A stretch of DNA of 64,000 nt from Macrostomum lignano (GCA_002269645.1 NIVC01000102.1:1-64000); one strand, 5' to 3'; positions 15,665 through 29,321 are shown, numbered from the stretch's first letter. Program-made: numbers and translations. The notes: generated from the sequence alone by a model not told the origin.

Positions 15665-17300
15665 ATGTCGACATTCAACCAGAAACTGGACAGCATGAAG
15701 GAGTCGCTCGCTTCGCTATTCAAAAGCCGTCGGACAAGCAAGTCGAGTCAGCGCACTACCAGCACCAGCAGCACTAGCTCTAACAATGCAACCGTCTGTC
15801 CGACTGAGGAAAGCGGCTCCGCCACCACGGCGAACACCATCTCGACGCCGCAGAACGTCCGTCGTGTTCTGCATATCACTTTCGACGCTGGGCGACAGTC
15901 GTTCAGTGGCATTCCGGAGCACTGGAGGTCCTACTTTGGTCCCGCTGATAGCCACTCCTTTGCAGAGACTCTCACCGAAGCTGTCGAGGCGGAGACCCCA
16001 CCTGGCGCTGTTAGAACAGACGATTCCGGCGTTTCCATGGCAACCAGTCCGAAGACGCCAACTTCAGCGGATCAGTCAGCCAACGAGAAGCCGCTAACGC
16101 CGCCCAAGGAGCTGCTGAGCCTGACCTACGACCGAAACAGCGGAAAGTTCGTCGACTTGCCGCCGCACTGGCAGGACCGACTGGAGCGCAACAACCTTCT
16201 GGAGCCCGAGTTCCAGAAGAATCCCGAGCTTCTCGTATCCGTGTTCGCCATGATGGACGAAGAGCTGAAGGCGATGAGTCTGGAAGGCATCAGTCTGGAC
16301 AAGGGCATGTACTCGAGCTCGCCAGCTTCATCCAAAAATAACGACGGACTTAAGTAAGTGCTTTGCCTTGTTGAAACTAGTTTTACACTTTGCGTATGAC
16401 ACTGTACAGTAATAGAGTTCAATCTTTTTTTGACGAGCTTGCATGCTACGACCGAGCTATTTTAGTAATATCAAAAAATAGTTTAGGCATCGCTCATGAT
16501 GTCAATTACAGCATCTTTCTGTTAGAAATCCTGCTGATCAATCTGGTGCCCTTCTAATGTCAATCTTATTCCCTTTTTATGTCACTCTGGTGTCACTCTG
16601 ATGTCAAACTAGTGTCAATATATTTTCACTCTCTGTTGGGTCCTGCTGATGTCAACCTCGTATTAATCTAGTGGGTCACTATTATCACTCTGATGTCTGA
16701 TGTACTGTATTTACTCACTTTACTGAACTTCAGGTAGGGTCCTTCCGTTGTCACTCTGAAGTCACTCTGGTGTTACTTTAATTCCTCTCTGTTGTCACTC
16801 TGGTAGCTGGTTGTGATCTTGTGTAGTGGAGTCACTCTAGTGTCACTCTTTTTGTATAAGCAATCTTCCACAGTCGCCTTTTGTCCCTTCCCTTTAATTA
16901 AAGTTCCTCTTTTCTCTAATTAAAGCTGATGATACTCAAGTGCTACTCTTTCGTCATTCCGATGTTACTCATTTCACTCTTTTATCACTCTAATGTGTGT
17001 TACTCTAGTGTCAAACTGGTGTCACTCTGGGTTCACTCTGGCCTGAATCTGACAGCATCGAATGCGTAACGCCACCATCTACCACACTCCACTCGCATTT
17101 AACACACACGAAATCCACCAACATGTAGCTACGTGTACGAAATCGCTGCGGATAGTTCGAACTCCTCTAGCGAGCAGGACTTGCAACAGCAGCAGCAGCC
17201 CGAGCAGCCGACTAACCAGCAGCCGTCCAACTCGAGCTGGAATCGTCGTAGACCCTCGCTGGTTCGAATGCGAGCGGTAGCCGCTCCATCACTGAAGTGA
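15665..17300 (+). CDS. PAK-like tandem CRIB/PBD-autoinhibitory-domain protein lacking a kinase domain (~286 aa; 230 aa if unspliced)
   Basis: Exon 1 is 15665-16353 (AA|GTAAGT). Exon 2 is 17129-17300 (TAG|C TAC), phase-compatible, stop TGA at 17298-17300. Repeat 1: ISTPQNVRRVLHITFDAGRQSFSGIPEHW. Repeat 2: LSLTYDRNSGKFVDLPPHWQDRLERNNL..EFQKNPELLVSVF, matching the PAK PBD/inhibitory switch (HVGFD..TGEFTGMPEQW..LL....EQKKNPQAVLDVL). Confidence 0.75.
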
Positions 17301-19178
17301 CAGACTGACGAACTGACGTCATGGTCAATTCTGATCAGCTGATCTTTTATTTAGCAACTCAATCTTGCCTATATAGTTCTGGTTGATTTTGGTGCAGCAG
17401 TTACGATGTTAACATGGTCTCTAAAGTACAGGAACTAATTTTGTATGTGTTTTTAGTCAGGTTTGTTCGCAGACCGAGTCCAACCATAGACAGTAGAGAT
17501 GTGGCCTCGTGCAGAAAGTATAGTAGTATACATGTATAATAGAATCTGAAATCTCAGTCTGGTAGAATTTCAAGAAAAATAGCTTTGACAAGCTTGTGAG
17601 TAGCAACCCTCGGACGAAACTGCACGCACGTGACGCACTTTATAGCTTCATTTTTAATTTGAAAGTCCAGAAGGTGAGAGAACTTAAAACCGAAAAAAGC
17701 AACAAAAAACCAACCTGAAAAACCGATTGTAAAAGCGCTAATCTACTTTATTTGTCCATGAAGTGTGCATTCACATCGTGTAGCTAACACTACTCAAAAC
17801 ACCTGAACGCAGCACCTGCTACACTCAAACATTATTCTACTTAAACTTAAATTCTAATTGACAATGACATGAATAACCTATTTTTCGCATTTTTTCATCG
17901 GTCTGACATGATGTTCTCGTAAAGCCAGTGACAAAAATGCTTTGATAATAAGCGACATGATCGAATCTAAATTATTTGTAATGAATCTCGAATTTTTTCG
18001 ACACAAATTTTTAAGGTTCTGTCGATTTTGTAAACAAAAATAGTTCTTTCCCTTTGAAAGTCAGTACTACTTATTCACTAAGTAGTGCGATGAGGTTATA
18101 AAAATTCATTATGAAATTTGTTTTCGCGGAAACTCTTTCAAAGCACTCTTAGTCTTGTGTTCAATGTTGCTTTTTAATTTTATTTTCTGGCTCTGAGTCC
18201 AGCTGTTGAGTGCATCTCAGACTGTGCGCAAATCTTTATCACCTGTCTGTTCTTATTGCCATCTTTGTTGTTTTTCTTTTGCAATTCACCACGATCCGCG
18301 AAATCCCAAGTGGACTGCTAATGTTTTTAATAACCTCGAAATGTCAGTTTACAATTTACGTGCTCAAAACTGATTTCGAAATTGCGCGAAGTTTAATTGA
18401 AGAACTTTAACAAAAAAATAATCGAATTGTTTATCTATCGCTTTGATATTTTTATTATTAGTCAGACGCCAAAAGAAGCGTTAGTTCTGTGACTGCCTTC
18501 ATTTCCTGTGAACAGTTTGCTTGGGAGCAACATTTGCTTTTAATGACAGGTGTTGTGGCAGCGTAAATCACTAAACTAAATTTATAAATTGAACGAGCAA
18601 AGAAAATCTCAAGTAATAACGTTACTTTTGTCGATTATCGATAAAACAATGAAAATATAAACAATAAAATAAATACCTAGAATTTTCTCTATGCTCTACT
18701 TACAGTAGAAATAGTAGAATATTGCAGATATTAAACTACTTCCATTGAAAATTTATTAACTACTCTACGTAAAGTCACTTTTCTGATTTTATTTCCAAAC
18801 TATGATCAGTTGATTTCTGTCTGATACAGAAACTATGAGGTGTAGAGTGCTGGACGAGATTCATAATACAGTTAGTGACACTACAAAGAAAGTCTAAAAG
18901 TACAGACATTTATCACTAAGCTTTGTGATTACGAGCGTATCATAGGAATTCTTCGTAATGCTACATAGATGAAAATTTAAAACAACAACACAGCTAAATA
19001 TAGCAGAAAACAATTAAAGTGTAGTATATCTAATTGTGCTACAAGCTAGAACAATGAAGGCAAGTACAAGTACTATAGTTTTTCAAAAAATTAGTCATGC
19101 ATTTAATTGCTATATTCAACCGCGATCAGTGGGTTCTTCATTATATGTTCCGTGCTCAGGTACTGGGTCCCTCTACTC

Positions 19179-19430
19179 ACAACCCTGATCAGTCCTCAGG
19201 TAGATAATTAGGTAATACGGTCCCTCCACTGACAACCCTGATAAGCCCTCAGGTAGATAATTAGGTAATACGGTCCCTCCACTGACAACCATGATAAGCC
19301 CTCAGGTAGATAATTAGGTAATACGGTATCTCCACTCACAACCCTAATCAGTCCCCAGGTAGATATTTAGGTAATGAGGTCTCTCCACTCACAACCGGAT
19401 CAGTTTTCAGGCAAATAATTAGATAATGAG
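19179..19430. repeat. 53-bp tandem repeat x~5
   Basis: Period 53 (ACAACCC at 19179 and 19232). Confidence 0.9.
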
Positions 19431-19613
19431 TTCCTGCGACCAATTTTTCTTATCCATAATAATAAATAATTGGTAAATGGGAACCCAAAAACGCAAACTT
19501 TCCACAACATTGAAAAATATTAGAGAAAATCGGTGAGAAGAGTTAATATTTGTTAATCTTCAACCTGAAATAGTTTGTTAAACTGACAATTCCAGTAACT
19601 ATAGGGTCCAGGC

Positions 19614-22600
19614 TTAGTCTCCAAAAATCCCAGCAAAGGTGCGCCTAAGACTCTGGATCGCATCCGGCTCTTTCGAATCTTCGTTTGTTTTGACCGGATG
19701 CTGACCATCTGCCAGGGGCGATTTGACGACTATCGGTTGAGCTGGCAGCTGATTGTCGCAATGAGCTGAGTTGGACGATGGCGCGGCCGACATTCGAGCC
19801 AGAGTCAGCTCCGCCACGCTGCGCCTGATGCTGTCAGCCTCGTCTGGACAGAATTTGGACGCCTCATCAAGCACCAGCTGCAGTGACTCTGAGCCGTGAG
19901 CCTTGGAGGATTGAATGAGACAGGCGTGGGAACAAAGAAAATTAGTTGGAGTGTAAATATCCCAATTCTTGTTTTGGTGAGATTCGTTAAATGTTCGCAG
20001 CATCCTTGAAAGAACTTCTAGAACATCCTTGAAGGAACATTTGCAAAATCATCGAAAGAACTTTTGTAAAATCATGTTTAAAAGGAATTTTTGCAACATT
20101 CTTGAAGGTAATTTGGCAAAATCCTTGAAGGCTATTTGGCAAAATCCTTGAAAGCAATTTGAGGACATCCTTGAAGGCAGTTTTGCAACATCCTTGAAGA
20201 CAATCTGGCAACATCCTTGAAAGAAAACTTTTTCAAAGTCATTGAAAGGAACTTGTGCAGCATTCTTGAAGACACACTTTCAACATCCTTGTAGCTCGTA
20301 GGAGCTTTCGCAGAATCAAGAGCATTTTTGCCCTATCATCAAAGAAACTTGTACAATCATAACATCTGTGAAGTTTTCAAACCCACGTCTCATTTTAGAA
20401 TTTTTATTAAAAAATTTCAAGCTCACTGCAGACTTTTGGGTTTTATCAGTTTGAGAATTTCAACTGTATCAAATATTTAAATAGTACAATTAAATTTTAA
20501 GAATATTTACAAGAATTGCAGTACACTATTGAAAGCGCACAACATGTCGCCAGAATTAACGGCACTTACATCAACAATTTGCACGTCATCCTCGCTCCGT
20601 TGCACGGCCTCCAACGAGCAAATGTCCAGTCCGCCAAAGTGGTCAGAAATCGCTTCAGTCCAGCTGCGCAGCCTGGATTTCCCGGAGAGAAAAGCAGTTT
20701 GATTCTTTGCTGGTAGTGATAAGAATGCTCAGTCACTCACAATTCTTACCTGTCCGTTACGGGAAGTTTCTCCACTGGACCGTCTTTTAAACCAACTTTT
20801 GATGTGCGTCGACTAAAATTAATCATAAATTTCCCAATTTGGCTAATTGCAAAAGGTTTACTAGAATGGAGAAATGAAGAAATAAGGCATACCGACAGAC
20901 ACACTATGACAGACTTAGTGTCTTCGTGTCTTCGTGCCTTGGTGTCTCAGTGTTTGAGACATTGAGATTTGCCGTCACGGCAACTACGTAAGACACTGAT
21001 ACACCAAGGAAGACACTAAAAAAGTCACTAAGACACTGCGAGACACAAAGACAATAAGACATCAAAATACTGAGACACCAAGACGCCAATTACGCTGGTA
21101 TAAGGTACTAAAACACTGATACATTAAGCATTAAGCCGAGAAAGCACGAAAACATGATGACACTATGATATTGAGATACTGAAACGATAAGACACTAAGT
21201 CGCGAAGACACCAGGACAAGAAGACACCACGACACCAAGACACTAAGATGCTGAGACACTAAGACACTAAGTCGCGAAGACACCAGGACAAGAAGACACC
21301 ACGACAAGAAGACACCACTACACCAAGACACTAAGATGCTGAGACACTAAGACACTAAGTCGCGAAGACACCAGGACAAGAAGACACCACGACACCAAGA
21401 CACTAAGATGCTGAGACACTAAGACACTAAGTCGCGAAGACACCAGGACAAGAAGACACCACGACAAGAAGACACCACGACACCAAGACACTAAGACGCT
21501 GAGACACTAAGACACTAAGTCGCGAAGACACCAGGACAAGAAGACACCACGACACCAAGACACCACGACACCAAGACACTAAGACGCTGAGACACTAAGA
21601 CACTAAGTCGCGAAGACACCAGGACAAGAAGACACCACGACACCAAGACACTAAGATGCTGAGACACTAAGACACTAAGTCGCGAAGACACCAGGACAAG
21701 AAGACACCACGACACCAAGACACTAAGACATTGAGACACTAGGACACTAAGTCGCGAAGACACCAGGACAAGAAGACACCACGACACCAAGACACTAAGA
21801 CATTGAGACACTAAGACACTAAGTCGCGAAGACACCAGGACAAGAAGACACCACGACACCAAGACACTAAGACGCTGAGACACTAAGACACTAAGTCGCG
21901 AAGACACCAGGACAAGAAAACACTCAGGACAAGAAGACACCACGACACCAAGACACTAAGACGCTGAGACACAAAGACAAGAAGATACCAGGACACAAAA
22001 CCACTTAGAGAAATTTTTAGCCACATCAAAGCCATTCATTCTTCAGCTCACGCGAACGCCCAATAGTTTTTGTCAACTTTTTGCACAATAATTTCGTTGC
22101 TCGCTCCGAGAGCAGCCTCGGCTGTGCCCCACTTATGTTCATAAGATGTTCCTCCAGCCGCAGCGAAAGCAGCAAAGTTCGACATCTCTTCCGCATTATT
22201 TGCAATGATCTGAAGTCAGTTTGATAGTTTGAATTATTTCAAAGACTGTTTCATATCTTGAAATTTAATTCCTCTTAACTGTACCTTTCCAAAGTTACCG
22301 TGACGGTTGCCAGACTTGAGCAATAACGGATAGGTGGCTTTTTGGTTGCTTAACGCCTGAAAAATTGTTTATTTTATTTTATTTTATTTTATTTTATTGA
22401 GAAAATTTTTTTTATTTTACTATTGAACAAGATGAAGAACATACAGGTAATTTTTTTCTTACCTGCTTGCGCCAATTTGAATAAAACGTCTGTTCAATTA
22501 ACGGAAAATAGTTGTCTCCCAAACGTTTTTGAATTCGCGCCAAGTTGTTATACTGCGGAGCGGGAATTTTACTTGTATGAATTAATCAAGGATAAAACAA

Positions 22601-24304
22601 TTAGGAAACCCTTTCCTCGAAAAAAAAGCCACTTAAAAGTTAAGTAGAATGGAAAAGGCTACAAAAATTCGCTTACAACCCAGCCTCTGTCTGAGAAGTT
22701 GTACACGCTCAGCGATTGGTTGATGCAGGGTACATTCGCGCGGTCTAGGCCAATCAGAATAGAACGCCATTCGGGACCCAGCGGTGGCTGCAGCAGCAGG
22801 GCGAAATTCGGACGGAAAGGCCTGCGCAGGTGAGTTGTTAGTTATCTGATGATGCAGGATTGATCAGTGAGGCTAAGAGTCGGTTTGGATCACGTGATGT
22901 GAAGCAGGCATTCAACCCTACGGCACAGAGTTTTTACATGACATACTAAATGACAGAATTGGCAACGATGCCCCTCCAAAAGGAATTGAACTTCCTTAAA
23001 AATAGTTTTGATAAACACTCGTTTCAGAGTTAAACACGCGGAAGTAACGGGGAAGTTATGAGGGGATGTAAACTTTCGTGTTCTGGATCAGCCAGAATTC
23101 CAATTAGATTTGCAGCCAAGCAACCAATTTCGTGGAACACGAAAATTGCCCTCCAATTTGCATATTTTTAATTTTCGATTCGCTGGACAGTGAGAAATTG
23201 TTGCTAGTAAGTTGGTCGAATTTAGCAGCAGACGAGTTGCAGCCAGTGTGAGGGGACAAGCGGTCCATAATTAATCACTCAAGTAGGATGCGTACACTTA
23301 CGGACACACGAAGTCATTCAGAGTGTACAGCGTACACCTACTCACTGAATCATGGAGGCAATGTCGTTCTCCGATCGCAGACTGGCAGACTGATGACGGT
23401 CCAGGATCACTTCAGCGGGACCGTTGGAGGCCACGGAAATGTTTATCTGGCTGAGTGGGGCCTGCGATTCCAGGAAATTGTGCTATATTAAGTCTTGAAA
23501 ATGGGCATTGCGGGTTTGGAGACGAAGTCAGGACGTCTTTGCATAGGGCTTTAGCACCAGGGGCTTTAGCACCAGGGGCTTTAGCACCAGGGGCTTTAGC
23601 ACCAGGGGCTTTAGCACCAGGGGCTTTAGCACCAGGGGCTTTAGCACCAGGGGCTTTAGCACCAAGGGCTTTAGCACCAGGGGCTTTGGCACCAGGGGTA
23701 CCAGCCCCCTTTGGCCCCCCTTTACCCCCTTGTCTAAGCAGACCTGTGTTCGGTCAAAGTGAAACTTCACTCACCTGTTCAACTTTGATATCCAGACCGT
23801 TGGGACACCGCTTATGGTGAAAGTATTTCGACCTGAAATTTTAAAAAGATCAGTATAAATAGAGCATTGGTATCCTCGTTAGTAGCTGATGTCCTACTGA
23901 AATGCGTGTAAATATTTTACTAGCAGAACACAAGTTATTTACCAATTAGTTTGCGAATCGTCAATCACCAGTAGCATCTTGCACCTGTCGCCATGGTGAT
24001 GCAGATTTAGATGGTGACTCCAGCTGCCGTGAAGACTGTTCTCGAGAATGTCTCTGGCGGCTGAGAGCACACTGCTGCCGCTGCCAGTGGAGAGTTTGTG
24101 TCTATGATGATGCTGCTGCAGCTGCTCTGTGCGCTGCTCGTGAGGCTGACCGCTGCAGTGACCGGCAATCCCAGCGTGGCTGCATCGCTTCTGTGGCTGC
24201 TTCGGCTGCTGCTCCTGCTGCTGTTGCTGCTGCTGCTCTCTACTAAAAGCAGCCTCGCCTTGCAGATCTCCGTGAGACAACCGGCGTTTTAAATAGCCAA
24301 GCAT
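19614..24304 (-). CDS. Syn: Synapsin-like protein, 10 coding exons, 484 aa
   Basis: Exons: 24304-23943, 23832-23775, 23461-23346, 22821-22677, 22552-22463, 22356-22285, 22209-22052, 20812-20750, 20672-20570, 19901-19614. All GT-AG, phases consistent, total 1455 nt (last acceptor least certain). Motifs: domain A LKRRLS, LLVIDDSQTNWSKYF, IKVEQ, FRPNF, VYNFSDRGWV, FPLIEQTFY, LKSGNRHGNFGK, FGGLDICSLEA, and domain E IQSLRRTFAGIFGD. Confidence 0.93.
20010..20300. repeat. Degenerate ~22-bp repeat (CATCCTTGAAGG..TTTGCAA) in synapsin intron 9
   Basis: Recurring CATCCTTGAA. Confidence 0.75.
20880..21990. repeat. Higher-order ~72-bp repeat built from 8-bp GACAC(T/C)A(A/G) subunits, in synapsin intron 7
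   Basis: GACACTAA GTCGCGAA GACACCAG GACAAGAA GACACCAC GACACCAA GACACTAA GATGCTGA recurring. Confidence 0.93.
23546..23700. repeat. 15-bp repeat (GGGCTTTAGCACCAG) x~10 in synapsin intron 2
   Basis: Visible tandem copies. Confidence 0.95.
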
Positions 24305-25191
24305 TTCCGCTGTTTAGTTTAAGGATCGCGAGTTTTTCTGGATGAGCAAACTTTCTGCTTTCGTGAGATGCACAAGCATTTCAACGTTCTGACAGATTTC
24401 TGCTTTCAGGAAAGCCAAGATTTCTGCTTCTAGAAAAGCCAAGGTTTCTGTTTTTAGGGAAGTCAAGATATCCTCAGACAAGCCAAGCTTTCTGCTTTCG
24501 GGGAAGCCAAGATTTTTGCTTTCAGTCAAGTTTTTTTACTTTTATAAAAGCCGAAACTTCTACTTCCTTAAGCAGCATTTTTAAATTTCAAAAAAATGCA
24601 GACAAACAGGGAATATTCTTCTGCAATGTAAAATTCTGACAGATAAACAGCTGGTTGATATCATACTCACCCATTTCTGGTTAGTCTTATGCTAGACTTA
24701 TTTCCTCAGTCAGTCTGACAACAGCTGTATCGATCAATACCAAAGAAATATACAGGCATAAAGTCAGATTGAATTTCCGCGATGAAGTTCCGGAGGGTGA
24801 GTTTCTAGAATTAGTTTATATTTATGTGCCTGTGAGTCCTATGCAGGCACACAGCTTCCCTAATTCCCTGTTGGCTCCCGCAGCCTCCATCCAACAGGAT
24901 ATTAGCTATGAACAGAGCTCCCCGCATTCATGGACAGCTCAACCTAGACATCTAGATCTAGGACAAGGATTCCGTGAATTTTTTTAGAAATGAGCTTGAA
25001 GGTCGCGGGATCGGGGAACTTAAGCTTGCTGTATCGTTGGGGGCATGTAGTTTTGTTCTAAGATTCTAAAAGTTCTTTTTCTATGAAATTCTTCGATCAA
25101 TAAAGAATATTCTCACCAACGTGAATCCGATTTCTTAAAAAGAAGATATGTTAGAAAAAGCGTTTTTCTGAATATCTTTAGAAACTTAATT

Positions 25192-25830
<639 letters not shown>

Positions 25831-26153
25831 GAATGAACACTGATTATAGTGCACCCGTCACATTCCCAGCCGTGACCATTTGCATAACCCAAGCATTCAT
25901 TCACAATAAAGCCGTCAGCAAACTGTCACAAACAGCACGATTCCGTCAGTTTGAGTGACAGCATGGCGTTAAATTTACAACACTTATTTGACTTTTGCCT
26001 GTCAATAACGCCTTATCGGCTTTTATCAATTTATTGTATATATTTGAATGTCAGAGAAATAAAACAAATCATGTTTTGGACATACGAATGCATTTATTAT
26101 AACACGAACGCTACATAAACATTTCCACCATCGCCATGATATACAGCGGATGG

Positions 26154-29100
26154 TTAATTTGCGGCGTAGCCCTGCAGGTTGTCATAGTAACTCTGACACC
26201 TGGCGATGTCCTCCGGAGACAGAGCGGTGTTGGATCCCAGCAGAGCCGCTCTGGCCGAAGTTTTCGGGATGTGCAACACGCCGTCGTGAATTCCGTCCTC
26301 CTGCGGATGCGCGCGGGTTTAAATGAGGGTTCAGTGAATCAGCAACTTCTCATTATGAAGGTTCAGTGAATCAGCAACTTCTCATTGTGAAGGTTCAGTG
26401 AATCAGCAACTTCTCATTGTGAAGGTTCAGTGAATCACCAACTTCTCATTGTGAAGGTTCAGTGATTCATCAACTTCTCATTGTGAAGGTTTAGTGAATC
26501 ACCAACTTCTCATTGTGAAGGTTCAGTGAATCACCAACTTCTCATTGTGAAGGTTCAGTGAATCACCAACTTCTCATTGTGAAGATTCAGTGAATCAGCA
26601 ACTTCTCATTGTGAAGGTTCAGTGAATCACCAACTTCTCATTGTGAAGGTTCAGTGAATCACCAACTTTTCATTGTGAAGGTTCAGTGAATCACCAACTT
26701 CTCATTGTGAAGGTTCAGTGATTCATCAACTTCTCATTGTGAAGGTTCAGTGATTCATCAACTTCTCATTGTGAAGGTTCAGTGATTCATCAACTTCTCA
26801 TTGTGAAGGTTCAGTGATTCATCAACTTCTCATTGTGAAGGTTCAGTGATTCATCAACTTCTCATTGTGAAGGTTCAGCGAATCACCAACGATCTCAGTG
26901 TGAGAACTCAGGATTACATTTTTTCCTTACATTTTCGGACTTACACGCATAGCAACTGAAATAATCAATCATTTTGTTTACTTAGCATGACTGTTTATTT
27001 AGATCAATATTTGCGGTTGGCAAAGCAATTACTAATATAGTACGGTATAATGAAATCGAATGTCCGATGCAATCAGTTCAATGATAGCAGGGGATTTGTC
27101 TGTGGTATTGGTGACAGGAAAATTATCTAGCTAAAGTACATTTACGAATTTTTTTTATCCTGAGGTGTGACAGCCGCACTACAAATTAAGTTAGCCTTAT
27201 TATGTAATTCTGGTCGATACACGAAAATTCCAACTGCACATCAAGAGGGCACACCTTAAATATTAGAAACCTGTTTCTTTTTAGGTATCACCTGGAGTCT
27301 ATGAGCCTCTGGTTCTTTCAGGTATCACCCCAAATGCCTCTCGGGTGCCTCTCACGTTATCTTCCAGGCACAGGTATCTCTCGCATTGTCTTCCAGGTAT
27401 CTCTCCTATTGTCTTCCAGGTATCTCTCCTATAGTCTTCCAGGTATCTCCCCGAGTCTTCCAGGTATCTCCCTGATAGTCTTCCAGGTATCTCTCCGAGT
27501 CTTCCAGGTATCTCCCCGAGTCTTTTAGGTATCTCCCCGAGTCTTCAAGGTATCTCCTCGATAGTCTTTCAGGTATCTCTCTCCTATTATATTAAAGGTA
27601 ACTCTCTCATTGTCTTCCAGGTATCTCTCCCATTATCTTCGAAGTATCTTTTCCATTGTCTTCCAGGTATCTCCCCGATAGTCTTCCAGGTATCTCCCCG
27701 ATAGTCTTCCAGGTATCTCCCTGATAGTCTTCCAGGTATCTCCCCGATAGTCTTCCAGGTATCTCCCCGATAGTCTTCCAGGCATCTCCCCGATCATCTT
27801 CCAGGTATCTCCCTGATTATCTTATTCCAGGCATCTCACCTCATTATCAGCATCCTCATAGATGACGCAAAAAGCGTGCACGAACACAAATCCGGAGATT
27901 AGAATTAGCGACAGGCCGCCACCCGTGGTCCCGACTCCAATTGGCATCATCACGCTAAAGAAAAATAAAATTCAACATTTTCTGTTATTGCTACTGTAAG
28001 TAGACAAGAAAGAACTCAGATGCACGAATTAGTTGCACCGATGACCTACTTATTGATTTTTGCCGTGTTGCTCTTGCAGTCGATTCCATCCTCAGCGTCG
28101 CAGCTAAAAAAGTAACCAAAATTAAGAATTGATTTCCAATGCGGTTATTCATGTCAGCGTAACCAGATACCGTGGTGTGAACTTACGCGTGTAAATATTT
28201 GTTAATCTGCAAGCTGATGATGCCTACAAGGAATAGCACGACACCCATCAACGTGAGAGCACCCGATAGGAACTGCGGTATCAGCCAGCTGCGGTTTTTC
28301 AATTTGTACGTGTCTCCGAAACGGAATTTTCTTAGAAAGCGAACCTGAAAATCGTCGCAATATTACATGTAGAGGAAGACAGATAGGGTGGTTAATCGCC
28401 TCAATGACCCTTCATGACATTCACCACAGTGAACCATCTTGTCGACATCACTCCAATGACCCATCATGACAATATCACCACAATGACCCATCATGATAAT
28501 CACACCAATGACCCATCATGACAATATCACCACAATGACCCATCATGATAATCACACCAATGACCCATCATGACAATATCACCACAATGACCCATCATGA
28601 TAATCACACCAATGACCCATCATGACAATATCACCACAATGACCCATCATGATAATCACATCAATGACCCATCATGATAATCACATCAATGACCCATCAT
28701 GACAATCGTCCCATTGACCCATCATGATAATATCACCCAATGACCCCTCATGACAATTATTCGAAATGGCCCACCATGACAATCGTTTTAATTAACGAAG
28801 ACCTATTCCCAGTGACGCATAAAAAATCCAAAAAAGAAATCATAAGATAAAAGTACATGTTTTCTAAGAAATCGCATCTTTAAAAAGCCACTGAAAAAAT
28901 TACTCACCTGTTCACCCCGAGACATGGCTGGAGTTTCTCGAACGCAGAATCTAATCCGCTGTCTCGTCAATGAAAATCGTTTTGGCGTCTCAGTCCTAGG
29001 TGGGGCAGTTGCAGCTGCTGCAGCTGATGAATTCGCCCCATCAATCTGGGTCTCAGATGAGGCCAGCTGTTGCAGTTCGAACTCGTTGTTCAACTCGACA

Positions 29101-29321
29101 GTTGGAAATGGAGACAAACCCGCCTGACTGCTCAGAGCTTCGGGCTGAACATCTTGCGCCAAGCAGGTGCTAATGTCTTGCTCAACGTCACGGACGTGAG
29201 CTTCTTTGCTTTCTGCAGCTGCCGTCTCATCAGTGATCTTGCTGAAATTTGCACTGCTGCAAGTGACCACAAGAATAGCCGGCGGAGGCTGATGTGACTG
29301 TTCAGAGTCATCGGCCTCCAT
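26154..29321 (-). CDS. Uncharacterised two-transmembrane protein, 5 exons, 295 aa
   Basis: Exons: 29321-28908, 28344-28187, 28103-28050, 27954-27840, 26300-26154. All GT-AG and phase-consistent, 888 nt. Acidic disordered N-terminus, TM1 (LIPQFLSGALTLMGVVLFLVGIISLQI), a loop with CDAEDGIDC, TM2 (MPIGVGTTGGGLSLILISGFVFVHAFCVIY). AATAAA at 26093-26098 on the minus strand. Confidence 0.82.
26325..26890. repeat. 32-bp minisatellite (TGAAGGTTCAGTGAATCACCAACTTCTCATTG) x~17, intronic
   Basis: Period 32 (26341 and 26373). Confidence 0.96.
27285..27835. repeat. ~23-bp minisatellite (TCTTCCAGGTATCTCCCCGATAG), intronic
   Basis: Visible tandem copies ending at the exon-4 donor. Confidence 0.92.
28400..28790. 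repeat. 25/27-bp alternating repeat (AATGACCCATCATGA[C/T]AAT..CAC), intronic
   Basis: Visible. Confidence 0.92.

Noticed and set aside
23455-23820. Collagen-like GALAP ORF
   Set aside because: A 15-bp repeat inside a synapsin intron on the opposite strand, and not Gly-X-Y.
24098-24292. Signal-peptide-like Leu-rich ORF
   Set aside because: It is the antisense of the polyQ region in synapsin exon 1.
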